From the NCBI GenBank assembly GCA_963841015.1, contig CAWJAX010000002.1, forward strand, positions 480,001 through 544,000: a DNA stretch of 64,000 bases, read 5' to 3'. The translations under genes were made by a program, and so were the position numbers. The DNA is from an uncultured Methanoregulaceae archaeon. Lineage in GTDB: Archaea; Halobacteriota; Methanomicrobia; Methanomicrobiales; Methanospirillaceae. Below the pieces are notes generated by a model that was not told the DNA's origin, made no database searches, and saw nothing but the letters and a program-made list of their open reading frames with translations. Below, in pieces: positions 11,001 through 21,719 of this stretch (position 1 is the stretch's first letter; every line of letters begins with the position of its first letter).

Positions 11001-13030
11001 AAAAATCTGGCTGACTATGAATGGCAAACAAATGTTCCTGGACCTGTATCTGGAACCCCTCCGTGACGAAAATGGTCTGATAACCGGAGTCGGGATCGCC
11101 ACCGTAGATCTTACTGAACAAAAACTCAAAGAAGATGCATTGCGGTACAGCGAGGAGAATCTTTTACAGGCTCAGGAGTTGCTGGAGGCCGTAACGAAAG
11201 GGACAGACGTTATCATTGCAGTCCAGGACAAGAATTTCCGCTATATCTTTTTCAACCAGGCTTATAAGGAAGTGATTAAGCGCCTTACGGGTGAAGACCT
11301 CGCAATCGGCACCAGCATGATTGAGCTGTTTTCCGGTTTACCCGAAGAGCAGAACAGGGAGATAAAGGAATGGAGTAAGGTCCTGGCGGGTGAGCAGGTG
11401 AACGAGACGATAACATTTGGCGATCCGGGCAGTCACCGAAGAATCTATCATGTGCTTCATACCCCCCTCCGGGATGCCCAGGGAACTATCATCGCTGCCG
11501 GGGAAGTTGCTTTTGATATTACCCGGCAGGCTCAGGTGGAAGAAGCATTGCGGGAAACAAAGGAATATCTTGACAATCTCATTACCTATGCCAATGCTCC
11601 GATAATTGTCTGGGACCCGCAATTTCGTATAACCCTTTTCAACCATGCATTTGAACATCTGACCGGGCAGGAAGTCTAAGGATGTTATCGGAAAACCGCT
11701 GGAAATTCTCCTTCCTGAGAACTATCTTGCTCCTGCAATGGATCTCATACGAAAAACCATGGAAGGGGAGAGATGGGAAAGCGTGGAAATACCTATTCTC
11801 CACAAGAAGGGCGGAGTCAGGACAGTTCTCTGGAGCTCGGCCTCTATATTTGGATCTGACGGGAAAACCATTATTTCAACTATTGCGCAGGGACAGGATA
11901 TAACCGACCGGAAAAAGATAGAGTCCGAGTACAGACACAGGGCTAAAGAATATGCAAGAATGAATGTAGCCCTCGAAGAAGAGGTCAGGCAGCGAAAGAT
12001 ATCGGATAGTACGCTTAAAAATACCTTATCGCTCCTCAATGCATCCCTTGAATCTACGGCTGATGGCATTCTTGTGGTTGACCAGCAGGGAAAGATTACC
12101 AGTTTCAATAAAAATTTTATGAATATGTGGAATATCCCCCAAGAAGTCCTGGAATCTGATGATAGCCAGACGGTAATAAATCATGTTTTGCCACAACTGA
12201 AAAATCCTGAAGGATATGTAACAAGCATCCGGAAGCTCGAGGTCCACCCGGGACGCGAGAGCTTTGACATGATTGAATTTAAAGACGGGAAAATCTTTGA
12301 ACGCTATTCGAAACCCCAGAAAATCGGAGAGTCGGTGGTGGGCAGGGTCTGGAGTTTCCGGGATATAACTGATCGCAAGCATGCAGAAGAAAACCTTCTT
12401 GCATCCGTTCATGAAAAGGAAGTACTGCTTCGCGAGATCCATCACCGGGTTAAGAACAATCTCCAGCTCATATCCGGCCTGCTTGACATGACCAGGATTC
12501 GGACGGTTGATGAATCAACGAATACCATCCTGACCGATCTGATGCTCAAAATCCAGACCATGGCGCAGATCCATACCCGGCTGTACGAGAGCAAACAGTT
12601 CGGAAAAATCAGTTTAACCGGTCAGATCCGGGACCAGGTAGCCGCGTTATCAAACATTTATTCCCATAAGGGACACGAGATCACCTGCGAAATGGATGCT
12701 CAGGAAATATTTCTCCCGGTCGACCAGGCGATTCCCTGTGCGCTGGTCGTGAATGAGATCCTTTCAAACGCGTACAAACATGCCTTCAAAGGGCGGAAAC
12801 ACGGTACTATTGAGATATCCGCAGTACAGGAGAACGGACAGATTCGGATCACGGTCAGGGATGACGGCATCGGGATACCGGGCAATTTTGATATCAGCCG
12901 TACCAACAGTCTCGGGCTCAAACTGATCAGGACACTGGTGCAGTCCCAGCTGAAGGGATCACTTATGTTTATGAGCCAGAATGGCACTGAAGTTACTATG
13001 GAATTTCCGGTGATTACCGGGGGGGCTTAA
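8025..13030 (+). CDS. Cytoplasmic multi-PAS (~11) sensor histidine kinase, HisKA_2 type (frameshifts ~9075 and ~11667)
   Basis: Repeated PAS/PAC units ending DIT(D/E)RK; LLREIHHRVKNNLQ H-box; NEILSNAYKHAF, DDGIG, SLGL ATP-binding motifs. Three ORF pieces join by single-base removals. Confidence 0.9.
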
Positions 13031-13035
13031 ACTCT

Positions 13036-14382
13036 ATGTCAAAGATACTTGTTGTTGATGATGAAGCGATCATCACGATGCAGCTGGAAGAGCGCCTGAG
13101 TGCAATGGGGTATACTGTTGCGGGAATGGCTGCTTCCGGTGAAGAAGCGGTCGAAAAGGCACGGCGTATCCGGCCAGACCTTGTTCTGATGGATATCGTG
13201 ATGCCCGGAAAGATGAACGGCATTGAAGCAGCAAAAATCGTCACCGGTGAACTTGATATTCCGGTTGTTTTTGTCACTTCCTATGCGGACGATGCAATTA
13301 TCGAAAAAGCCAAAAGTGTCCGCCCTTACGGGTATATTGTAAAACCGTTCAATGAACTGGAGATTAAGGCGGCCATTGAAGTGGCACTATTCCGGAAAGC
13401 GGCGGAACTTGAAGAAAAGAAATTAAAAAAGACCGCACTCAAAAAAATGGTGCCGGACAGGGAAACCGACCAGCTGGAAGACGGTATCGCGTATCTCGAT
13501 CTGCCCGAGATAAAAACTGTTCTTTTAAAAGATATCTTCACCGATATCATTCTTTTTCTTTATACCGATCAGGTCGCAAAGGAACCAATATTCAAATTTG
13601 CCCTGGAAGAGGGTATAAAAAAGGGAGGACGCAATCTGTTTGCCTATTCAGGTTCTACGCTCCAGAAATACTTCGTAAAAGAGATCTCAAAAAAAGAACT
13701 TTTTACCCACCGGATGAAAAGAAACGAAGCATTTGCCCTGCTGCCGCTCCTGGAAAAATGCACCGAATCCCTGCAGGATTCAGGCACTCATGAGTCATTG
13801 CAGATTCTGCTGGACTTTTCTGAAACTGAGGAATTCGACGATATTCTTGCCATCAGGAACCTGCTTCTTTCAAAAAAAGAGAAGGGGGCACCGGTATCCG
13901 GGCTTGTCGCCCTGAATATCGGAAAAATTGATCATACCCTGATCAAGGACCTTGCCGAAGGAATCCCGAAGATCATTGTATCCACCGGGAAAGAAACAAC
14001 GCTCTCGTTTGCCCATCATACATTTCCTGCCGAGAGTGTATCGGTTGTCCCCCAGTCAACTATCGATGATGTGGTAAAAAAATCACTGGAACCGGTGGTC
14101 CTTTCACTCCTGGACAAACCGATTTCCGGATATGATATCGTTCATGAGATCCACAGCAGGTACAAGGTTCTTATCCCGCAGGCAAGAGTTTACACACTCC
14201 TCTATGATCTTATGGAGAACGGGTACCTGGAGATACGGGTATCCGGGAAATCCAAATTGTATTGTCCCACAGAAAAAGGAAAAAAACACATCAGCCAGAA
14301 ACTCAATGACTTCAAGCTGGTGTTCCAGCATATCTTAGGGACGGTAGATGGGGTAAACCCGGGCATGCATGATAAAAAATAG
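13036..14382 (+). CDS. Response regulator: REC + unassigned middle domain + C-terminal PadR-like winged HTH
   Basis: KILVVDDE, LMDIVMPG and YIVKPF receiver motifs; C-terminal PISGYDIVHEI...VYTLLYDLMENGYL...KLYCPTEKG. Confidence 0.88.
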   Translation: MSKILVVDDEAIITMQLEERLSAMGYTVAGMAASGEEAVEKARRIRPDLVLMDIVMPGKMNGIEAAKIVTGELDIPVVFVTSYADDAIIEKAKSVRPYGYIVKPFNELEIKAAIEVALFRKAAELEEKKLKKTALKKMVPDRETDQLEDGIAYLDLPEIKTVLLKDIFTDIILFLYTDQVAKEPIFKFALEEGIKKGGRNLFAYSGSTLQKYFVKEISKKELFTHRMKRNEAFALLPLLEKCTESLQDSGTHESLQILLDFSETEEFDDILAIRNLLLSKKEKGAPVSGLVALNIGKIDHTLIKDLAEGIPKIIVSTGKETTLSFAHHTFPAESVSVVPQSTIDDVVKKSLEPVVLSLLDKPISGYDIVHEIHSRYKVLIPQARVYTLLYDLMENGYLEIRVSGKSKLYCPTEKGKKHISQKLNDFKLVFQHILGTVDGVNPGMHDKK

Positions 14383-14923
14383 CAGGGGTGGACATCAACC
14401 ACGATGAACAATAATGAGGTAATGGTGAATGTGCTCCTGACAGTTTTATTCCCTGTCTGTTTTTTCGCATTCCCCTTTTTATAAAAAATGAAACAAAATT
14501 TGCAAAATCCAGTCATGTTTATCTTTTTTCATGAAGAGTAATCTTCGGGTAGAGTAGTACCCGCAGGAGGTGGATCTTCATCTTTGAGAAAATAAATTCC
14601 TCATGTACCTTAGTGGAAGGTGGTAACCGAATCAGTACAATGCCACACGTCTGGATGGAAGGCAAGGTTCAGGACCGGACTTCACCCCATCGACGATTAA
14701 ACACCCTCTGAAGTTAAAAATACAGGAACAATCCGAAAAATAAGAGTTATCCCAATATGCCAGCATTGCAACAGCCAACAAGACAGGTTCTATCCGGGGC
14801 AACTGATCGGTCCTTATTTACCCCGATCGATTTTTTTAACTCACCGTTGGTAAAATACCATAAGGTATAGGAAGGATTTGACAAGAAAAACCTCAGGCAA
14901 CATCAAAAAGGAAGAGTGGGAAT

Positions 14924-15208
14924 ATGAGGGAAGAAAATTCAAAAAATGCCGGATTCATAAAAACTATCGAGCCGGTAACAACGCTTCTTAATGAAGAAAA
15001 TATTGTCAGAATCCGTTCAGAACTTCCTGGTATAGCAGAAGAAAAAATCAGAATAGATCTCGACAACAACTCAGTAACCATTTGGGCTTCGGATACCAAG
15101 AACCAGTACAAAAAAGTAATTTCCCTACCCTTTGATGTAAAGTTCAGTAAAAAACGCTTTTCTGAGGAAGTCCTTGAACTGACTCTGGAAAAAACAATCA
15201 CTGATTAG
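14924..15208 (+). CDS. Hsp20/alpha-crystallin-like small protein
   Basis: IRSELPGIAEEKIRIDL...YKKVISLP...F.EEVLELTLEK. Confidence 0.75.
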   Translation: MREENSKNAGFIKTIEPVTTLLNEENIVRIRSELPGIAEEKIRIDLDNNSVTIWASDTKNQYKKVISLPFDVKFSKKRFSEEVLELTLEKTITD

Positions 15209-15260
15209 ATCAGTGTACCAGCAGATAAATCCGACCTGTTTTTAAAACCTGAAGGTTTCT

Positions 15261-15311
15261 TTGTTTCAAAATTTGTTTCAAAATCTGCTTTCTGACAAAG
15301 ATCCTATAAAA
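15261..15311 (+). promoter_or_regulatory. Tandem TGTTTCA-N5-TGTTTCA-AAATC-TG motif + 17 nt + TATAAAA
   Basis: Directly visible; near-identical architecture at 20226 and 22344. Confidence 0.7.
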
Positions 15312-15332
15312 TACCCTAGGTAATAATCGGAA

Positions 15333-15649
15333 CGGGTGAGGACAATTCCCGTCTTTGAAAATTCCCCGGGATTATTTCAGGCTGGTGTGGACGCCGGTCG
15401 TATCTGGGAAAATTACCGGAATGTGAAAGGTAATTTCCATAAGCAAAGTGTAGCAGTATCTCAGCACTATGGCGCATCATGCTCATCAATCAGCTGTGGC
15501 CGGTGCGAGCTCCCTGATTGTTTTTTCAGTGAGTTCATACGGAATTACTGGGATTGTCCCAATGGAGACTGATGTAAAAACCAGGTTAACGATACTGGAG
15601 TCGGGTGAGACCAATTCCCATCTTTGGTAATTCATCAGGTCATTTCAGG
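15333..15649 (+). repeat. Pair of ~49-bp imperfect direct repeats (15333-15381 and 15602-15649)
   Basis: CGGGTGAGGACAATTCCCGTCTTTG...ATTTCAGG versus CGGGTGAGACCAATTCCCATCTTTG...ATTTCAGG. Confidence 0.7.
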
Positions 15650-15764
15650 AAAGAGTATGGTAGTCGTCATTGTGAATATTCAATGAGGGGGATCCCAAAC
15701 ACAAAAATATATATATTGTTTAACGCTAACTTAAGGTAAACCTAAAAAATAAAGGTGTCTTTAG

Positions 15765-16357
15765 ATGGCAGAGAAAGATTCCACCGAAGTTATCGTAAAA
15801 GAACCGGCTCAAAAGATACAGGCCGTGACATTACCCGGGGGGACATCTCACAGGAACGGGTACCGATGACCGAAGACCTCGAACAGTTAAAAAAAGATCT
15901 CGAAGAACAGACACGGCTCGCAGATGACCGGCTCAACCAGTTGAAATACCTCCAGGCAGATTTTGATAATTACCGTAAGTGGTCTGAAAAAGAAAAAACA
16001 TCGATCATTGCCCTTGCAAATGAAAACCTGATCAAAGATCTCCTCGTCATCCTGGATGATTTTGACCAGGCACTGCCATCACTCGAGCTGGAACAGAACC
16101 GGCAGGGCATACTGATGATACAGAAAAAAATCGTCAAAATCCTCAATGAATACGGGTTGCGTCCCATCGAATGCGTCGGGAAAAAATTCGACCCGCAATT
16201 CCATGAAGTAATCTGTAAGGAGCGAAGCAATGAAGAAACAAACACGATTCTCGAAGATATAGGTAAGGGTTACCAGTTGAAATCGAAGGTCATCAGGCCC
16301 TCAAAAGTAAAGATTGCAGAACATATCACAGAAAATGAAGGTGAAAACAATGGGTAA
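15765..16357 (+). CDS. grpE: Nucleotide exchange factor GrpE (start either ATG 15765 with a frameshift in the G-run ~15840, or ATG 15866)
   Basis: [33 protein letters not shown]; directly upstream of dnaK. Confidence 0.9.
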
Positions 16358-18227
16358 AGAAAAGATCCTCGGAATAGACCTCGGGACATCCAACAGTGAA
16401 GCAGCAGTAATGCTGGGTGGCAAACCGACCATCATCCCTTCGGCGGAAGGCGCAACCGTCGCCGGAAAGATGTTCCCCTCCTATGTCGCGTTTACTCCGG
16501 ATGGGCAGCTGCTGGTAGGAGAGCCGGCACGGAGACAGACTGTAAGTAACCCCGACGGCACAGTTACTGCGGCAAAGCGGAAGATGGGTACCGACCAGAT
16601 TTACCGGATTTACGGCAAGGAATACACACCACAGCAGATTTCTGCATTCCTCCTGCAGAAGATAAAGCGGGATGCAGAAGCCTTTCTCGGGGAACCAGTA
16701 ACGAAAGCAGTCATCACCGTTCCTGCCTATTTCAATGACAACCAGAGAACGGCAACAAAGGATGCGGGAAAAATCGCGGGTCTTGATGTGGTCAGGCTCG
16801 TGAATGAGCCAACCGCTGCTTCCATGGCTTATGGTCTCGACCGGGCCGGGGAATACAAGATACTTGTCTTTGATCTGGGGGGTGGAACTCTTGATGTAAC
16901 CATCATGGAGTTTGGGGGCGGAACATTTACCGTTCTTGCAACTTCCGGTGACACCCAGCTGGGTGGCACTGATATGGATAACGCGATTTATGAATGGATT
17001 GCCGCCGAGTTCAAAAAGCTTGAAGGTATCGATATCAGAAATGACAAAATGGCGATCAACCGGGTAAAAGAGGCTGCCGAAAAAGCGAAGATCGAGTTGT
17101 CCACGGTTATTGAAACCGAGATAAATCTCCCTTACGTTTCTGCAACACAGGCGGGTCCCAAACACCTTTCCCTGAAACTGACCCGGGCCAGGCTTGAGCA
17201 GCTGGTCGAACCGATCATCAAACGGTGTATTACCCCGTTTGAAACAGCATTGAAAGACGCCGGCCTGACAAAGAATGATATCCAGAAAGTAATCCTGGTC
17301 GGCGGGCCGACAAGGATGCCCGTTGTCCAGAAATTTATCGAAGACCATATCGGTAAGAAAGTAGAGCGGGGGATCGACCCTATGGAATGCGTTGCCATCG
17401 GAGCTGCCATACAGGGTGCAATCCTGGGTGGCGAGATTACGGATATGGTGCTTCTTGATGTGACTCCCCTGACCCTCGGTATCGAGACGCTCGGCGGGGT
17501 GAGGACCCAGCTGATTGAAAGGAACACCACCATTCCTACGAAAAAAAGCCAGACCTTTTCGACAGCAGCTGATTACCAGACGTCAGTTACTATCCATGTA
17601 CTCCAGGGTGAACGTCCGATGGCGAGTGACAATGTCAGCCTTGGCCAGTTTAATCTTGTCGGTATACCCCCTGCTCCCCGCGGTGTACCCCAGATTGAGG
17701 TAGCATTCGATATCGATGCATCGGGAATCCTGAATGTTTCAGCAAAGGATCTCGGGACCGGAAAAGAGCAGAATATGACCATCACGGCTTCGACAAAATT
17801 AGCAGACAGTGATGTCAAGAAGATGGTCAATGAGGCAAAACAGTTTGAAGAACAGGACAGACAGAGGAAAGAAGAAGTCGAAGCCCGCAATATAGCAGAT
17901 TCCCTCATATATACCGCGGAAAAGACAAAATCCGACCTGGCAGGAAAACTGAACCCAGATCTGGTTGACAAGGTAAATGCAGCAATAGTGGCAGTCAAAA
18001 CAGCACTCGAAGGAAAGGATAGTCAAAAGATCAAGGCCGAGACAGAAAAACTCCAGAAAGTGCTGGGTGAAGCCGGCTCAGCTGCGTACCAGCAGGCTGC
18101 CCAGCGACAGGCACAGGAACAGGCAGGTTCCCAGGCAGGATCTGCTGGCAGTTCCGGCACAGGGACGGAGAGTAAAAGCGGAGAGAATGTTGTCGATGCG
18201 GACTTCAAGGTTCATGACGAGAAATAA
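16350..18227 (+). CDS. dnaK: Chaperone DnaK (Hsp70)
   Basis: [36 protein letters not shown]. Confidence 0.98.
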   Translation: MGKEKILGIDLGTSNSEAAVMLGGKPTIIPSAEGATVAGKMFPSYVAFTPDGQLLVGEPARRQTVSNPDGTVTAAKRKMGTDQIYRIYGKEYTPQQISAFLLQKIKRDAEAFLGEPVTKAVITVPAYFNDNQRTATKDAGKIAGLDVVRLVNEPTAASMAYGLDRAGEYKILVFDLGGGTLDVTIMEFGGGTFTVLATSGDTQLGGTDMDNAIYEWIAAEFKKLEGIDIRNDKMAINRVKEAAEKAKIELSTVIETEINLPYVSATQAGPKHLSLKLTRARLEQLVEPIIKRCITPFETALKDAGLTKNDIQKVILVGGPTRMPVVQKFIEDHIGKKVERGIDPMECVAIGAAIQGAILGGEITDMVLLDVTPLTLGIETLGGVRTQLIERNTTIPTKKSQTFSTAADYQTSVTIHVLQGERPMASDNVSLGQFNLVGIPPAPRGVPQIEVAFDIDASGILNVSAKDLGTGKEQNMTITASTKLADSDVKKMVNEAKQFEEQDRQRKEEVEARNIADSLIYTAEKTKSDLAGKLNPDLVDKVNAAIVAVKTALEGKDSQKIKAETEKLQKVLGEAGSAAYQQAAQRQAQEQAGSQAGSAGSSGTGTESKSGENVVDADFKVHDEK

Positions 18228-18244
18228 CCGTTATTCGTGCGCCA

Positions 18245-19306
18245 ATGGAAAAAAAGGATTATTATGACACCCTGGGGGTCAAACGGGATGCATCACCGGA
18301 TGACCTGAAAAAGGCGTTCAGGATTCTGGCACGGAAATATCACCCGGATCTCAATAAGGGGAGCAAGGAAGCTGAGGAGAAGTTCAAAGAGATTAATGAA
18401 GCCTACCAGGTCCTGAGCGACCCGCAGAAAAAGGCAGAATATGACCAGGTAGGGCATGCCGCCTTCAAACCCGGGGATACTGCAGGCTACAGGACCCCCA
18501 GTTACGATGATCTTTTCCGGGACTTCGGTTTAGGTGACATCTTCGATGCGTTCTCGGCAGGTTCCGGGAGAGCACGGAGCCGTGCTGGTGCAGACCTGAG
18601 GTATGAGATTGAGATCTCCCTTACCGACGCATTCTATGGTACGAAGAATACCGTGGAGGTCCCTCATAACTATGAGTGCGGTACCTGCCACGGTTCAGGT
18701 GCACAACCGGGTTCTGTCCGGGACTGTCCCACGTGCAAAGGGACCGGTGAGATCCGGCGGATTCAGCGGAGCGGTAACCAGCAGGTGATGAACATAGCCC
18801 AGTGTCCCGAATGCGGAGGGCGTGGCAGGATCATCGGCAAACCCTGTGAGACCTGCCGTGGGAAGGGATCGATCCGGAAGACGCGAAGAATTGAGGTATC
18901 AATCCCTGCAGGTGTTGAAGACGGCCAGTTCTTAAGGATAGCTGGTGAGGGTGAGCCGGGCGAGGATCATGGGCCTCCGGGCGATCTGTATGCAGTAGTC
19001 CACATAAAAAAACACCCGGTGTTCGACAGGCAGGGGGCGGACCTGTACAGCACAGCAGTTGTCGGGCTTGCAACTGCCCTTTTAGGGGGTGAGATCAAGG
19101 TCCCTACCCTCACCGGAAGTGCGACCCTCAGAATTCCCCGCGGCACGCAGAGTCATACCCTTTTCCGCTTCAAAGAGCAGGGAATGCGCTCCCTGAATTC
19201 CGGCGACAGGGGAGATCTGCTCGTAAAGGTTATTGTTAAGATTCCTGAAAAACTGACAAAAAAACAGGAGGAACTGATGAAGGAAGCTTTTGTGGGGGGA
19301 ACCTGA
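18245..19306 (+). CDS. dnaJ: Chaperone DnaJ
   Basis: J-domain with HPD; four CxxCxGxG zinc-finger repeats. Confidence 0.97.
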   Translation: MEKKDYYDTLGVKRDASPDDLKKAFRILARKYHPDLNKGSKEAEEKFKEINEAYQVLSDPQKKAEYDQVGHAAFKPGDTAGYRTPSYDDLFRDFGLGDIFDAFSAGSGRARSRAGADLRYEIEISLTDAFYGTKNTVEVPHNYECGTCHGSGAQPGSVRDCPTCKGTGEIRRIQRSGNQQVMNIAQCPECGGRGRIIGKPCETCRGKGSIRKTRRIEVSIPAGVEDGQFLRIAGEGEPGEDHGPPGDLYAVVHIKKHPVFDRQGADLYSTAVVGLATALLGGEIKVPTLTGSATLRIPRGTQSHTLFRFKEQGMRSLNSGDRGDLLVKVIVKIPEKLTKKQEELMKEAFVGGT

Positions 19307-19427
19307 ACCGGAAATGAACCTTATATACTTTGAACGGACTACGGGTGTAAATTACAGAAAGATTCACGTTTTAATCAGGTCTTTCCGGCATTGGAAACGA
19401 TGTGAAAAAAGAGAATGAGAAACCACT

Positions 19428-19631
19428 ATGGAACAGATTTCAGGAACAAAAAAGTACCAGAACGGGATCTAGGTTTTCTGGACTGATGGAGGAAAAGAAC
19501 TCTCTGACTTTTTCCTTTTTGAAGAACTGATAGATATGAAGATCAATGCGTTTGACCTTTCGGAAAATCCGGACATATACCGGATCGATGGAAAAACCAC
19601 AGGATTGAATCTTCGGTTTAACGTCTTCTGA
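19428..19631 (+). pseudogene. Paralog of the small protein at 43585-43779, interrupted by an in-frame TAG (19470-19472)
   Basis: MEQISGTKKYQNGI*VFWTDGGKELSDFFLFEELIDMKINAFDLSENPDIYRID aligns with MNDIIGSKKMENGIVVFWMEKEEKKYESFNYSELIDMKINALDLLERPKSYKVD. Confidence 0.75.
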
Positions 19632-19808
19632 GTGTACAATCATGGCATAAATCATCAGAGTAATGATCAGATACTGATTGAGACAAAATCAGCAGAGGCC
19701 GAAAATAGTGTGGTTTTCCTGCACCTGACGGTTGTCGCCGGTATCACGGAAAAAACTTCTGTAAACGAGGGACGGACCGGATGCCGGACGGGACAAAGGA
19801 AGTGGATT

Positions 19809-20105
19809 ATGGCCAGCACAGCAAAAAAAAGAACAAGGAAAAAAACCGCATCCGAAGAGGTAAAAACATCGCTGATGAAAAAGTACAGGGAAACGTTCAT
19901 TGACAAACTTACCCCGCAGGACCTGGAAGAACTCCAGTGTTACCTGATGCAGCAGTATAATAATGAACACGGCTGGAACAATGAATACAGGCTGAAATTT
20001 GAATTTAAACTGAGGCAGTATTTTCATGAAGAGATCCTGAAGCGGGAGATTGCCAGTATCGAAACCCTGCTGGACCTCCTCCAACCACAGGATCTGAAAA
20101 TGTAG
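19809..20105 (+). CDS. Hypothetical helical protein with a basic N-terminus (98 aa)
   Basis: ATG preceded by AAGGAAGTGG; protein-like composition (MASTAKKRTRKK...). Confidence 0.55.
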   Translation: MASTAKKRTRKKTASEEVKTSLMKKYRETFIDKLTPQDLEELQCYLMQQYNNEHGWNNEYRLKFEFKLRQYFHEEILKREIASIETLLDLLQPQDLKM

Positions 20106-20225
20106 ATCTGGAACAATTCCGGTGCACAAAATCCTTTACCATTCGGATGAATCCTCTTTTGACTTTCTGATTCTTTTTTTAAAACGGGTTTCTCGTCAGG
20201 TCTGTTTTGTCCGCCTGCATAAAAA

Positions 20226-20276
20226 TTGTTTCAAAATTTGTCACAAAATCTGATTTACATAAAACATTTGATAAAA
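20226..20276 (+). promoter_or_regulatory. hsp20 operon promoter: TGTTTCA-N5-TGTCACA-AAATC-TG + 17 nt + GATAAAA
   Basis: Same architecture as 15261 and 22344. Confidence 0.7.
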
Positions 20277-20428
20277 TTTCTGAATAATACGATGACGGAC
20301 AAGGGACGGCAGGGCACGCAGGTGATACGTGAGGTGCAGTTGCCCTTGCCATACCTGAGATTGTCAACTCGCACACATGAGAGGAAAAAATCGAGTCGAT
20401 TCCTGCACGATGAAGAAGGAGAGGACAT

Positions 20429-20908
20429 ATGGCCAGATGGTATTACAAGTCAATCTTTGATGAGCTCGATGAGATGAGAAGTTACATGGACGCATTATTC
20501 CAGCAGATGTATGGGACGAACCCGACAGCATTGTTACCCTCTGCCGGGGAGTCAGCAACAAAGCTGCTGCCGGTTCAACCGTCTCGTCTCCGGGTCGATG
20601 TGATTGAACAGACCGATGAGGTTGTCGTGACCGCAGATCTTATTCCCGGGATTACCAAAAAAGACATCAGTCTGGACCTGATCAACCCACAGGCACTTGA
20701 AATTTCATGGGAACGCAAAGAAGAGAAGAAGGAAGAAAAAGAAGGATATTACCTGCGAGAACGCAGGTTTGGCTCCTTGACAAGGATTGTCCCCCTTCCT
20801 GCTCCGGTTACTGAAGACAAAGCAGCTGCAACGGTGAAGAACGGTGTTCTTGAAGTCCATTTGAAAAAGACAAAAAAAGAGCCCAAAGCAAAAATCGCCA
20901 TTGAATAA
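20429..20908 (+). CDS. hsp20: Small heat shock protein Hsp20
   Basis: VDVIE...ADLIPGI.KKDI...YYLRERRFG..TRIVPLP...A.VKNGVLEV. Confidence 0.95.
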   Translation: MARWYYKSIFDELDEMRSYMDALFQQMYGTNPTALLPSAGESATKLLPVQPSRLRVDVIEQTDEVVVTADLIPGITKKDISLDLINPQALEISWERKEEKKEEKEGYYLRERRFGSLTRIVPLPAPVTEDKAAATVKNGVLEVHLKKTKKEPKAKIAIE

Positions 20909-21045
20909 CTCCCCGGTGGCGATACCCGGCACCTTATTCAAAAGAAGATCTCCTGCTGTTGTGAAAGAACAAAAACGTTTCCGTTGCAAAAAAAGGTGAT
21001 CAATCCGTATCAGGGGGAACAGATCGTTGAATGCAAAAATAGGAG

Positions 21046-21372
21046 ATGATACCAATGGATAAATTTGAACAGATGATGAAAGATGTACAAGGAAAGACAC
21101 CATCAGACCTGGCAAAGGAAATAGAGAAATATAAGGGCATATGTATCTGCCCGAAGTGCCCGACGCATAATGCCTGTGCCAAGAATGCAAAAGAGATGCT
21201 TTTCTGTATAACCGGCAAGAGTTTCATGTGCATATCCGAGGATAAGGGATGCATCTGCCCGACCTGCCCGGCCACACCGGAGTTTGGACTGAAGAATAAA
21301 TCCTTCTGCATGAAGGGTGCAGAGAAAGCCCAGCGCTACGAACATGCGTTGTGGGGAACAAAAATTCCCTGA
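21046..21372 (+). CDS. Cys-rich protein, DUF2769-like
   Basis: CICPKCPTH..C...LFC..GKS..C....GCICPTCP...FC..G pattern. Confidence 0.75.
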   Translation: MIPMDKFEQMMKDVQGKTPSDLAKEIEKYKGICICPKCPTHNACAKNAKEMLFCITGKSFMCISEDKGCICPTCPATPEFGLKNKSFCMKGAEKAQRYEHALWGTKIP

Positions 21373-21419
21373 TTTTTTTCCTAACGGTGCTATGAAGAAA
21401 TGAGAGAGGGTGTTCTGTT

Positions 21420-21674
21420 ATGCTTATGGTAAAAAAAAGAGACGGGAGAAAAGAACCATTTGTCGTCGAGAAGATTGTGGTGAGTGCTATCAAGTCCGGA
21501 GCACCACCTGAATTTGCGAGAACTGTTGCAGGGGATATAGAACGAATGGCAAAAGAGGAAATCACCACCGGGGAGATCAAGACAAAGGTCCTTGCCATGC
21601 TCAAATCCAGAAACCCGGAATGGGAGAGAAACTGGCTGGTCTATGACATCGCGGTGAAAAAACGCCCGAACTAA
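21420..21674 (+). CDS. Stand-alone ATP-cone domain protein
   Basis: VKKRDGRKEPF..EKI...A.KSGA...ITT.EI. Confidence 0.85.
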   Translation: MLMVKKRDGRKEPFVVEKIVVSAIKSGAPPEFARTVAGDIERMAKEEITTGEIKTKVLAMLKSRNPEWERNWLVYDIAVKKRPN

Positions 21675-21719
21675 ACGGGAAATATGCATATCTGATGATT
21701 GAGGACTTACGAGGTGAAA

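Noticed and set aside
16326-17348. 340-aa ORF antisense to dnaK
   Set aside because: Typical shadow ORF opposite hsp70 genes; no independent motifs.
19470-19472. Pyrrolysine readthrough of the in-frame TAG
   Set aside because: No pyl genes in the window, the apparent lineage is not known to use Pyl, and the paralog has Val at this position.
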